Shown: piece by piece, positions 10,998 through 19,340 of the stretch | Layout: each line of letters begins with the position of its first letter | Numbering within the stretch: the stretch's first letter is position 1 | Source of the DNA: Fibrobacteria bacterium | GTDB lineage: Bacteria; Fibrobacterota; Fibrobacteria; UBA11236 | Direction: 5' to 3' | Assembly: GCA_050486505.1 (NCBI GenBank) | Contig: JBJHDK010000020.1 | Location: 1-35,679, forward strand | Length of the DNA: 35,679 nucleotides | The notes under the pieces: model-generated | Database searches by the model: none | What the model was told of the DNA's origin: nothing | The model's input: only the letters and a program-made list of their open reading frames with translations | Translations under genes and position numbers: made by a program

Positions 10998-13407
10998 GGA
11001 TGCTCCTTTGGGGTTCCGGGAACAGCGGTTCTCCGGAAGAATTTCTCTCGCCGAGCCTCAGCTGACCCGAGTTTACTGGAAGCCGGATGCGCAGGTGCGG
11101 GCCCCAGGCCTCTCCCGGAATTCCCAGGGAGCGCCCGAACCGGAGGGGCAGACACAGCACGAGCCCCCCCGTCTCCTGATGGGGCTTCCGGGAGACGTTC
11201 CAATCGACCCGAACGGCTTCGTCCGAAACTTCCACATGGAACGTCGCGGTTCCCTGCGACGTGGGGGCGCAGGTGACGCCGATCCTCGCGCCCGGCCGGA
11301 ACCAGCGTTCCGGTGTTCCCGAAAGCAGCAGCAGGTTCCCGTCTTCTTCACGCACCAACAGTTCGCGGGTGAGGCTCAGGAACTCCGCCGCGGCCCATCC
11401 GTGGTCGCCGTCTCCCATGCAGCCTCCCAGGGTCCGGGGGTGCATGGCTTCGGGCCACGTGAGGGTGGGGCCCCCATGCCTGATCAGGGATTCGATGATT
11501 CCGAAGGCCATGGGATCCTGCCTGCGCAGCATCGCCCGTGCGAATTGTGCCGACAGGTAGGGGTTGAGTCCGGTATGAATGATTTTCTGCAGGAACAACC
11601 CGTCGCGCAGGTTGTTGTGCACAAGATGCTCCATCGTTCCCGCGACCCATTCCGCCCCCGGGCTCACCACATCGAGCGGCGAGAGTCCGACGAGGTTGCC
11701 CACGGCGGCGGAATCCATGCCGCGGTAGGGGGAGCAGGGCAGGCCCTCGCCGCCGGTGCGCCTGAACGCATCGTGCATCGAGGCCTCGAGGTCGGCGCGG
11801 TATTCATTGATGCTGCGTGCCAGGACATCCCCGTCGCGCGCGCGGTCAAGCAGGCGCGCGGCCCAGAGCATTTTCTCGAGGCCCGCAACGCTCCAAAGGT
11901 TGTCCCAATAGTAGTGGTCGTTGGGGCCGAAGTGCTCGGCGGAAAATCCTGCCGGCAGCAAGCCGGCATGTGGAAGCCCGGAGTCGCGGTCCTTGCGGCG
12001 CATGGCATCGATCCAGCGTGCGCCGCGCATGAGGGCGGGCCAGTGGCGATCGAGCAGGGCGGGATCGCCCCCGCGTTGGATGTGCCCGATAAAGGTCCAC
12101 AGGGCTTGACCGTTGCTGTCCCATTCACCGTTCTGGCTGCGGAAGAATCCGCGCCTGTCTTGCCTGCGGAAGAATTCCGCCAGCTTGGGCGCGACGCGAT
12201 CGCCGAATCCCGCGTGGTCGAAGCCCAGCGCGATGAAGGCCGTGTCGCGGAACCAATGGCCGTGATAGAGGAACGCCCCCGGCGAGAAGCGGTCGCCGTC
12301 GTCGAAGACGTGCAGTCGGCCCTTCACCGCCTTCCAGGCGCGCATGAGCGACGGGTCGGGGACATCGATCTGCATGCCATGCGTCTCCGCGGCCCGCAGG
12401 CGATCGAGTTCGGCTTCGCGGGCGGCTTCGAGTTCGCGTCGGGAAGGGAGCGCGAAGACGGCCTGGTTGCCGCGGTCCACCACGCCCAAGGAGGGGATCG
12501 CGCGGGAGTCCCCCGGGTGCAAGGTCAGGTCGTATTCGGCTGCCGCCGCGAGGACACCTGATTTTGCCTTGTACGTTCGGCCCTCCGAAGCAGCCTCTCC
12601 CCGATCGGCATGGGGCAGGGAGTCCCCCCGCTCGCGGTTTGAGATGACCACCCTGTCGGGGCGCTCGGGAAGACAGAGGCCGGCCCTGTCGTTGACGAAG
12701 AGACGCCCTTCCTGCCAGCGAAGCGATTCGACCGGGCTGAACATCAGGGGGTTGCAGGGGCGCAGGGCGACTCCGAAGACGAGCTTGAGCGGGCGTTCGG
12801 AGCGGTTGCGCAGGCGATGCGTGCAGAGCAGGGATTCCTGAGCGGCCCTGCCCGCGTCCCGCATGGCCACGCATTCGGAGGACCACTCGATGTCGGGGCG
12901 CGCATCATAAAGCGTGCGCACGGCGGGAAGGGTGCCTTCCAGAAGTTCCTGCCGTGTTCCGTTAAGGCGCGGCGGCAAAAAGTTCACGCCGTCGACGCGC
13001 AGGTAGGGAAAGAACGACCAGCCATAGGGACGCAGCGTCACCATGCCCGCAGGGTCGATCATGGCTTCGCGCTGGGATCCTTCGGCGCCCAGGGACATCC
13101 AGTTGCGCGCCGTCAGGTTGTGCATGATGACATTCGTTCCCGTGGGAATGAATGCGGCGGAGTCGGGGTCGATCTGGCGTTCCGCCCACCAGGGCCACAC
13201 CCACGCGGGGTTGCCTTGGACGATCAGGGTGTTGTTGAGTCCCGCGAGGAGCACCGAAAGGCCCTGCTCCACGAGTTCTTCGGGGAAGGCGATTTCGGCC
13301 GGCCGTCCGGCGTGCTTCAGCGAACGGAACAGTGGGAGGAGGTGGCGCTTGCCCGTCCAGCGCAAATAACCCTCCATCAGGGCGTCGCCGGGAAAGTTGA
13401 AATTCAA
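10978..13407 (-). CDS. Six-hairpin (alpha/alpha)6 glycosidase-like protein (GH15/GH63-like clan, family unassigned) with N-terminal beta-sandwich region
   Basis: Y..HWFRDTAF, RQDRRGFF, EWDSNGQALW, DPALLDRHWPAL..GARWI, YWDN, WPEA...HGWAAA follow the six-hairpin glycosidase pattern; 20-nt overlap with the downstream GT gene; start is TTG 13407 or ATG 13377. Confidence 0.72.
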   Translation of the reverse strand: MNFNFPGDALMEGYLRWTGKRHLLPLFRSLKHAGRPAEIAFPEELVEQGLSVLLAGLNNTLIVQGNPAWVWPWWAERQIDPDSAAFIPTGTNVIMHNLTARNWMSLGAEGSQREAMIDPAGMVTLRPYGWSFFPYLRVDGVNFLPPRLNGTRQELLEGTLPAVRTLYDARPDIEWSSECVAMRDAGRAAQESLLCTHRLRNRSERPLKLVFGVALRPCNPLMFSPVESLRWQEGRLFVNDRAGLCLPERPDRVVISNRERGDSLPHADRGEAASEGRTYKAKSGVLAAAAEYDLTLHPGDSRAIPSLGVVDRGNQAVFALPSRRELEAAREAELDRLRAAETHGMQIDVPDPSLMRAWKAVKGRLHVFDDGDRFSPGAFLYHGHWFRDTAFIALGFDHAGFGDRVAPKLAEFFRRQDRRGFFRSQNGEWDSNGQALWTFIGHIQRGGDPALLDRHWPALMRGARWIDAMRRKDRDSGLPHAGLLPAGFSAEHFGPNDHYYWDNLWSVAGLEKMLWAARLLDRARDGDVLARSINEYRADLEASMHDAFRRTGGEGLPCSPYRGMDSAAVGNLVGLSPLDVVSPGAEWVAGTMEHLVHNNLRDGLFLQKIIHTGLNPYLSAQFARAMLRRQDPMAFGIIESLIRHGGPTLTWPEAMHPRTLGGCMGDGDHGWAAAEFLSLTRELLVREEDGNLLLLSGTPERWFRPGARIGVTCAPTSQGTATFHVEVSDEAVRVDWNVSRKPHQETGGLVLCLPLRFGRSLGIPGEAWGPHLRIRLPVNSGQLRLGERNSSGEPLFPEPQRSIHAPTHP

Positions 13408-13818
13408 GCGGTGTCAAAAGCCTTGTGCGGGTTCATGGATCGTAAATGTCCGATGTCACGCGTGGGTTGTGAAGGGGTGGAAGCCCCATGTAACGGGGAT
13501 GAAACGCAGGTGCATTCAAACAGTCATGGCACGGTCTATCAACAGTTGTGAATACAATGGGAGTATAAAAAAACCTTACAACCCCTTTGAAATTATTGGA
13601 ATTCGTGGGCTTTTGACATCGAAGCCCGGACCTGCAGGTCCCGAAGCGCTCGCCCCTTAAAAAAGACCGGATTGGCGGTTCCGGGATGTGGAAAGTTGGG
13701 GGGCCGGATGGATTCGACTCCCTGTTCAGGGTGGAAATCCCAAAAATCCTCCGGATTGGTGCACTTCCCCATGCCAGAAGCATCTAAAGGCTGCCCGGGC
13801 GGTGCCCGACAGAAAGTG

Positions 13819-13834
13819 TGCATAAAGATATGTA
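13819..13834. promoter_or_regulatory. Imperfect inverted repeat TGCATA-aaga-TATGTA overlapping the toxin start; candidate antitoxin operator
   Basis: 5/6 arm match, positioned over the first ATG of a type II TA operon where RHH antitoxin operators usually lie. Confidence 0.3.
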
Positions 13835-14132
13835 TGATTTCGGTGCGGCGTCCTTCGAATGGGACGAAGACAAGAACAGGGAGAATCAGGACAAACATGG
13901 AATCTCGTTCGAGGAGGCGCAGCGTGCATTTGCGGATCCCCGACGCGTGGTTTCCGTGGATGAGACCCATAGTACCGCGGTCGAACGGAGGTACTTCTGT
14001 ATCGGTGAGGTGGACGGGGGGATCATGACCGTCAGATTTACGTGGCGACACGACGCCATCCGGATTTATGGCGCCGGTTTTTGGCGCAAGCAAAGGAGAA
14101 CATATGAAGAACAAAACGGGCAAATACAGTAA
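13830..14132 (+). CDS. brnT: BrnT family ribonuclease toxin (DUF497)
   Basis: FEWDEDKNRENQDKHGISFEEA..F.D, ERRY..IG, VRFTWR..IRI match the BrnT signature; ATG 13830 preferred over GTG 13818. Confidence 0.9.
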   Translation: MYDFGAASFEWDEDKNRENQDKHGISFEEAQRAFADPRRVVSVDETHSTAVERRYFCIGEVDGGIMTVRFTWRHDAIRIYGAGFWRKQRRTYEEQNGQIQ

Positions 14133-14370
14133 CGTCGAGTATACCGAAGGCCCGATCGGAAAGTTCACGGTCATCAAGGACTTTCTGCCGCCTCCCGACC
14201 AGCTGGTGTTCAAGGAATCGAACACGCGGGTGACGATCAACCTCAAGGCGTCGAACGTGGCGTACTTCAAGCGCGAGGCGAAGAAGCACGGCACGCAGTA
14301 TCAAAAGCTGATCCGCAACGTGCTCGATCACTACGTCACGAGCGCCGAACGCGGGAAGGAAGGCGCATGA
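14104..14370 (+). CDS. BrnA/CopG-like ribbon-helix-helix antitoxin
   Basis: DFLPPPDQL..RVTINL...VAYFK..A...G.QYQKLIRNVL; overlaps the toxin 3' end; AAGGAG at 14093-14098. Confidence 0.85.
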   Translation: MKNKTGKYSNVEYTEGPIGKFTVIKDFLPPPDQLVFKESNTRVTINLKASNVAYFKREAKKHGTQYQKLIRNVLDHYVTSAERGKEGA

Positions 14371-15722
14371 GTCCCGGGGCTTCCGGAGACGGGCTTCTTG
14401 CCCGCGACCTGAGACACGTCTGGCATCCGTGCTCCCAGATGAAGGATTACGAAACCTTCCCCCCCGTCGAAGTGGTGGCCGCGGAGGGATCCCTCCTCAA
14501 ACTCAAGGACGGGTCGACCGTGGTCGACGCCACCTCCAGCTGGTGGTGCAAGACCTTGGGACACGGGCACCCGCGCTTGCGCGCGGCGTTGATGCGCCAG
14601 GCGGAACGCTTCGAGCATGTCATCTCGGCCAACACCATGAACGAAACCTTGGTGGGGCTGTCCGAGCGGCTCGCGGCGCTGTGCCCCCCGCTCGACAAAG
14701 TGTTCTATGGGGGTGACGGCTCCACGGCCGTGGAGATCGCCCTCAAGATGGCCCTGCACGCGCAGCGCATCCGCGGCGAGACGCGGCGCGTCAAGTTCAT
14801 CGCGCTCGAGAACGGGTATCACGGAGAGAGCGGGCTCGCCTTGGGCGTGAGCGACCTGGGGTTGTACCGCGAGCCGTACGCGGCGGTGCTTCCCGAGCCG
14901 GTGATCTTGCGCGGACTTCCCGATGTGTCGGGGCCGGAGGATCCGCTGTGGAACGACTGCGGCGAGATCTGGCCGTTCCTCGAACGCGAGCTGAACGATC
15001 ACGCCGACACGGCCGCCGCCCTGATCATCGAGCCCGTGCTGCAGGGAGCCGGCGGCATGCGCGTGTACAGCCCCGACTTGCTGCGCCGCCTGCGCGCCTG
15101 GACGCGGAAGCATGGGGTGTACTTCGTGGCCGACGAGATCCTCACGGGATTCTGGCGCACGGGTGAGATGCTTGCGTTGCACCATGCCGGTGTCGCGCCC
15201 GACATGCTTTGCCTGTCCAAGGGGTTGACGGGGGGGTGGCTGCCCTTCGCGGCGACCTTGGTGCATCCCGATGTGCACGCGCTGTTCCACGCCGACTACG
15301 GGTGCGGGCGCGACTTTCTTCACTCCAACACATACTCCGGAAACGCCTTGGGCGCGGCCGTGGCGATGGAGGCCCTGTCGATCTACTCCGAGCCCGGCTT
15401 CGCGGCGCAGGTCGCGGAGTTCTCGAGCCGCCTGCGCGCCGCATGGGGGCAGGTTCTCGGCGCGACGGACGGAATCCTGGGCAATGCGCGCACCGTGGGC
15501 GGCATGGTCGCGGCCGACCTGCTTCTGCCGCCCGGGCTTCGGGAGCGTCGCGTGGGCTTCGCGGTGTTCCGCGAGGCGGTGGCGCGGGGGGCGTTGCTCC
15601 GGCCCTTGGGGAACACGCTCTACTGGCTGCCGCCGCTGAACACCCCCGAGGCGGACCTGGAGCGGTTGGCGGAGGTGACCGTGGAATCGATCCTCGCGGT
15701 GCGCGTGCGGCGATTCGAGTAG
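14367..15722 (+). CDS. bioA: Adenosylmethionine-8-amino-7-oxononanoate aminotransferase
   Basis: VWHPCSQMKDYE, SSWW..LGHGHP, GSTAVEIALKMA, YHGE, EPVLQGAGGM, DEILTGFWRTG, PLP lysine in LSKGLTGG, LRPLGN. Confidence 0.95.
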   Translation: MSPGASGDGLLARDLRHVWHPCSQMKDYETFPPVEVVAAEGSLLKLKDGSTVVDATSSWWCKTLGHGHPRLRAALMRQAERFEHVISANTMNETLVGLSERLAALCPPLDKVFYGGDGSTAVEIALKMALHAQRIRGETRRVKFIALENGYHGESGLALGVSDLGLYREPYAAVLPEPVILRGLPDVSGPEDPLWNDCGEIWPFLERELNDHADTAAALIIEPVLQGAGGMRVYSPDLLRRLRAWTRKHGVYFVADEILTGFWRTGEMLALHHAGVAPDMLCLSKGLTGGWLPFAATLVHPDVHALFHADYGCGRDFLHSNTYSGNALGAAVAMEALSIYSEPGFAAQVAEFSSRLRAAWGQVLGATDGILGNARTVGGMVAADLLLPPGLRERRVGFAVFREAVARGALLRPLGNTLYWLPPLNTPEADLERLAEVTVESILAVRVRRFE

Positions 15723-15820
15723 GCTCACTACGAGCAGATCACGGAGCACCGGATTGTTACGTTTCGATATCCGCAGGTTTCCGCTTCGTAAGCGGCCGCG
15801 ATGCAAGGAAGGACACAGGC

Positions 15821-16171
15821 ATGAAGTATCTGGTTTTTTGTGACGACACGGCGAGCCGCAGACAGATCGAAGACATCCTCAACACCGCGTCGCAACCGTA
15901 CGAGGCGATCGACCTCGACGCCCTGTTGGCGAAGGACAAGCTCGACGGCTACGACGGCGTGATCACCGAGCACGAGACCTGGCAGCGCAATGCCTCGATC
16001 CTGCGCTACTTCGATCGCCTCGACGCCGTCAACCAAAAGCCCCTGCTGGTTTTCAGCAAGTTCAAAAAGCAGAACGGACTCAAACTCCGTCGCACCAAGT
16101 CCTTCACGGCGCACCACCCCCTGCCTGCCCACGCGCGCGACGTGCAGCCGCTACTCGCCCAAATGGCCTGA
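15821..16171 (+). CDS. Stand-alone degenerate receiver-like (pseudo-receiver) protein, 116 aa
   Basis: Real gene is the tail of the 15209-16171 ORF; purine-rich AAGGAAGG before ATG 15821; (beta/alpha)5 pattern KYLVFCDD / RRQIEDIL / DGVITE / PLLVFS. Confidence 0.6.
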   Translation: MKYLVFCDDTASRRQIEDILNTASQPYEAIDLDALLAKDKLDGYDGVITEHETWQRNASILRYFDRLDAVNQKPLLVFSKFKKQNGLKLRRTKSFTAHHPLPAHARDVQPLLAQMA

Positions 16172-16212
16172 TTCCCGGGGTGTCGTGTCACACCGCGAAC
16201 CGGAGGCGCCGC

Positions 16213-16947
16213 GTGCAGAAACAGTGGTATGAGCGCTGGTTCGGGGAAGAGTACAAGGCCCTGTACCCGCACCGCGACGCGGCCCAGGCCGAAGCCCAAG
16301 CGCGCGCGCTTCTTGGGGCCGCCGGGCTTCCGCCGGGCTCGCGCATCCTCGACATCGGCTGCGGTGCGGGGCGCCACCTGGACGCCCTGCGACACGCAGG
16401 AACGTCCGCTGCCGGCATCGACCTGAGTCCCGTGCTCCTTCGCGACGCGCGGGCCGCCGGGCTCCCGGTCGCGCGAGCCGACATGCGCAGCCTTCCCTTT
16501 GCGGATGCGACCTTCGATCTCGTCGCGAGCTTCTTCACCTCCTTCGGTTACTTTGCCACCATGGACGAGGATGTGGCGACGCTGCGTGAATTCATCCGGG
16601 TGGCGCGGCCCGGCGGCCTCCTCTTTCTGGACCTTCCCGATCCCGGCCACGTGACGCGCACCCTCGTCCCCGCCGAAACCCTCGAAAAGAGCGGCCGCCA
16701 CGTCGAGATCTCCCGTGCCATCGAGGGGGACTGCGTGATCAAGCGCATCCGCATCCGCACCGCCTCGGGCGAGGAACGGCACGAGGAACGCGTGCGCCTG
16801 TACCCTCCCGAAACACTGGATCCCGTGCTCGCGGAACTTGGTCTCGAAACCCTTCGCATCTTCGGCGACGAACGCGGCGGCGCCTTCGTTCCGGGAGTTT
16901 CGCCGCGCACGAGCCGCCTCCTGCGCCTCAAGGAGTTTCGCGCGTGA
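16213..16947 (+). CDS. Class I SAM-dependent methyltransferase; candidate bacillithiol N-methyltransferase (NmbA-like)
   Basis: Motif I ILDIGCGAGRH, GIDLS, ADMR, FTSFGYF, RPGG; N-terminal WYERWFGEEY..LYPHRD; GGAGG at 16202-16206 before GTG 16213; stop overlaps the bshC start (GTGA). Confidence 0.88.
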   Translation: MQKQWYERWFGEEYKALYPHRDAAQAEAQARALLGAAGLPPGSRILDIGCGAGRHLDALRHAGTSAAGIDLSPVLLRDARAAGLPVARADMRSLPFADATFDLVASFFTSFGYFATMDEDVATLREFIRVARPGGLLFLDLPDPGHVTRTLVPAETLEKSGRHVEISRAIEGDCVIKRIRIRTASGEERHEERVRLYPPETLDPVLAELGLETLRIFGDERGGAFVPGVSPRTSRLLRLKEFRA

Positions 16948-18557
16948 ATTTGCGCCGCCTGGCTTCGCTGCCCGCGCGCGATGCCGCCTCGCGTCATCTC
17001 CTGTCGCATTCCGGCGGTTCGCCGCTTTATCCCGGAGGCCACCTCGACTCCATGCAGGCGGTCGAACGCCGCGCGCGCAAGCTCGCTGACTGGGACGGCG
17101 ACCGCGCCGCGCTGGCGGCCTGGCTGCGCGAGCAAAACAGCTTCGTCCCGCTGCATCCCTCGCAGGAGGAACATCTCACCGCGGCGACGCGGCCCGACGC
17201 CGTCTTCCTCATGACCGGACAGCAGCCCGGCCTCCTCGGCGGACCCGCATTGGTCTTCCACAAGGCGGCCACGGCGGCGATGCGCGCGCGCGCGCTGTCC
17301 GCGCATCTTGGAAGTCCGGTGATCCCCGTCTTCTGGGCGGCGGGTGACGACTCCGACCTTGCCGAGTCGAATGCGGCGGAGTTTCTCGAACCCGGCGTGT
17401 CCCCGGGAACCGTCTCCCTGGAGTTCCCCGATCCCGGGGATGCGATCCCCATGAGCCTGCGCACGCTCGACCCCGAGACCGCCCGCGTGTTGCGCGCGGT
17501 GTTGCCCGCAGGCTGGCCGGGGGAAGTCCGGATGCTCGCGCACGAGTGTTACGCTCCCGGGCGAAGCCTGACGCAGGCCTTCCTCCAGCTTGCGCAGCGG
17601 ATGCTGGGTGGGATGGGGGTTCTCTTCGTGGATGGCTTCGACGGTGCCCGACGCCCGGCCGCGCAGGCGATGCTGCGCCGCATCGCGCGCGACGCGGCCG
17701 GCTTCAACACGGCCCTGGAACGGGGCACGCGCCGGTTGCGCGAGACCTTGAATCTTTCCCCCCAGGTGCCGGTGCGTCCGGGAACGGTCCCGGCATTCCT
17801 CCTTGAAAAGGAAGCGCGCTCTCGTCTCTTCGCCTCGGATTCGGGCCGGGTGTACACCGCAGGCTCCGAGGATCGCGATCTCGCGCCGGATCTCGACCGG
17901 CATGTGCTGCTCCACAGCGCGTTGAGCCGCCCCTTGGTGGTGGAGTCGCTGTTTCCCGTGTTGGGCCACGTCCTGGGTCCCGCGGAGTTGCGTTACTTCG
18001 CCCAGATCGCGGACGTCTTTCCCGCCTACGGTTGCTCGTTTCCGGTACTCGCGCCGCGCGCGCAGGCGACCGTGGTGCCGGCCACGGGACTGCGCAGGCT
18101 CGAAGCGATGGGCTTCACGGCACCGGACCTGCACGACCTGAGTCCTTCGCGGGTGCGCGCGCGCCTTACCGAGGACGCGTGGAACGGGCACGCCGCGGCG
18201 CACGATTTTCCCGGACAGGATTTCGCCCGCTTCAAGAAAGCGCTCGCCGGGTACCAAATGCGCCATTTTCCCGGGGCCGGATTCGATCCCGCGTTGCGCA
18301 GGTTCGACCGTGCCTTTGCACATTACCGGGAGCAGGCGCGCCGCCGCGTCTACGAGATTGCGGCCGCGGGGAGCTATGCGGAATTGCGTCCGCTGCTGCG
18401 GTGGCTCGGCAGCGGCGCGCAGGATCGTCACCTGAACCTGCTTTCGCTGCGCGCGGCGGTTGGTGCCGAAGGGTTGGCATTGCTGGCCGGCCAGCCGCCC
18501 GAGACGGGAGACACGGGTGCGGTGTATGTCGCGGACGAGCCGCAAGGAGGTGCATGA
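16944..18557 (+). CDS. bshC: Bacillithiol biosynthesis cysteine-adding enzyme BshC
   Basis: TGQQPGLLGGP...HKA, PVFW.AGDDSD, SALSRP, GPAELRYFAQ, PR, C-terminal QDR..N; adjacent to bshB1 and bshA. Confidence 0.9.
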   Translation: MNLRRLASLPARDAASRHLLSHSGGSPLYPGGHLDSMQAVERRARKLADWDGDRAALAAWLREQNSFVPLHPSQEEHLTAATRPDAVFLMTGQQPGLLGGPALVFHKAATAAMRARALSAHLGSPVIPVFWAAGDDSDLAESNAAEFLEPGVSPGTVSLEFPDPGDAIPMSLRTLDPETARVLRAVLPAGWPGEVRMLAHECYAPGRSLTQAFLQLAQRMLGGMGVLFVDGFDGARRPAAQAMLRRIARDAAGFNTALERGTRRLRETLNLSPQVPVRPGTVPAFLLEKEARSRLFASDSGRVYTAGSEDRDLAPDLDRHVLLHSALSRPLVVESLFPVLGHVLGPAELRYFAQIADVFPAYGCSFPVLAPRAQATVVPATGLRRLEAMGFTAPDLHDLSPSRVRARLTEDAWNGHAAAHDFPGQDFARFKKALAGYQMRHFPGAGFDPALRRFDRAFAHYREQARRRVYEIAAAGSYAELRPLLRWLGSGAQDRHLNLLSLRAAVGAEGLALLAGQPPETGDTGAVYVADEPQGGA

Positions 18558-19339
18558 TGGGAAAGCCGATGCAACCGAAGATGCGGGCACGCGCTGCCGT
18601 GACCCCCAAGGCGGCGGTGTCCGTCGATTTCATGATCGTGGCGGCGCACCCCGATGACGCGGAAATCTTCGCGGGGGGCACGGCGCTGGCGTTGCGCGCG
18701 CTTGGTCGCACGGGCGTTCTCGTCGACGTGACCGACGGCGGCGCAGGCACGCGCGGCAGCGCGGAAATCCGCGCGCGCGAGGCTGCGGCCGCCGCGAAGA
18801 CGCTGGGATTGAAGCGCGTGTGTCTCGGGGAACCCGACGGCAGCGTCCGGAACACGCTGGAAGCGCAGTGGAAGCTGATCCGGGAGATCCGGCGCTTCCG
18901 TCCGCGCGTCGTCTTCACCCATCATTTTGCGGAGGAGCATCCTGATCACGGCGCCACGGCAGCCCTGGTCAAGGAGGCGGTCTTCCGCTCAGGGCTTCGA
19001 AAAATCGATTGCGAAGGCGAGCCGTTCCGTCCCGGAAGGGTCTTTCATGCCGTGCATTCGGCTCTTTCCGTGCCGCCGACGTTCTGCGTCGACATCTCCG
19101 CGCATTGGGAGGCGAAGATGCGCGTCCTGCAGTGCTACGAGAGCCAGTTCCACAACCCCGCAGCGTCCCGTTACAGGGGGAAGACCGATCTCGCGACCCC
19201 CGCATTTCTCGAATCCCTCGAAGTGAAGGCGCGCTTCTTCGGCCAGCGCATCCGTCGCCGCTACGCGGAAGCGTTCTGGTGCGAAGAGCTTGCGGAAGTT
19301 TTCGACCCGACCGCCCTGGGCGGTGAAAGGTTCCCCTGA
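18554..19339 (+). CDS. bshB1: Bacillithiol biosynthesis deacetylase (PIG-L/LmbE family)
   Basis: AHPDDAE, GTRG...R.REA..A...LG, HPDH, VDIS, ESQF, RYAEAF; AGGAGG 18545-18550; ATGA overlap with bshC (start could be the second ATG, 18557). Confidence 0.9.
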   Translation: MMGKPMQPKMRARAAVTPKAAVSVDFMIVAAHPDDAEIFAGGTALALRALGRTGVLVDVTDGGAGTRGSAEIRAREAAAAAKTLGLKRVCLGEPDGSVRNTLEAQWKLIREIRRFRPRVVFTHHFAEEHPDHGATAALVKEAVFRSGLRKIDCEGEPFRPGRVFHAVHSALSVPPTFCVDISAHWEAKMRVLQCYESQFHNPAASRYRGKTDLATPAFLESLEVKARFFGQRIRRRYAEAFWCEELAEVFDPTALGGERFP

Positions 19340-19340
19340 C

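Noticed and set aside
13698..13718. GGGGGGCCGGATGGATTCGAC resembles a tmRNA 5' end or tRNA T-loop
   Set aside because: No matching T-arm/acceptor 3' end with CCA at a suitable distance (that position falls inside brnT) and no cloverleaf could be built; an ARAGORN/Infernal run would settle it.
15209..15820. N-terminal two-thirds of the 320-aa ORF 15209-16171
   Set aside because: Overlaps bioA in another frame with Arg/Gly-rich junk composition; the credible gene starts at ATG 15821.
18032..18553. Long N-terminal extension of bshB1 (similar extensions on envC from 30165, tsaD from 29680, ftsX from 29617)
   Set aside because: Extensions overlap neighbouring genes or intergenic repeats; family homology and RBS or stop-start overlaps point to the later starts.
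4934..18590. Long antisense or alternate-frame ORFs (4934-7162, 8901-11276, 10579-12561, 14331-15806, 16548-18590)
   Set aside because: They shadow well-supported genes on the opposite strand and carry no recognisable motifs; expected in high-GC DNA.
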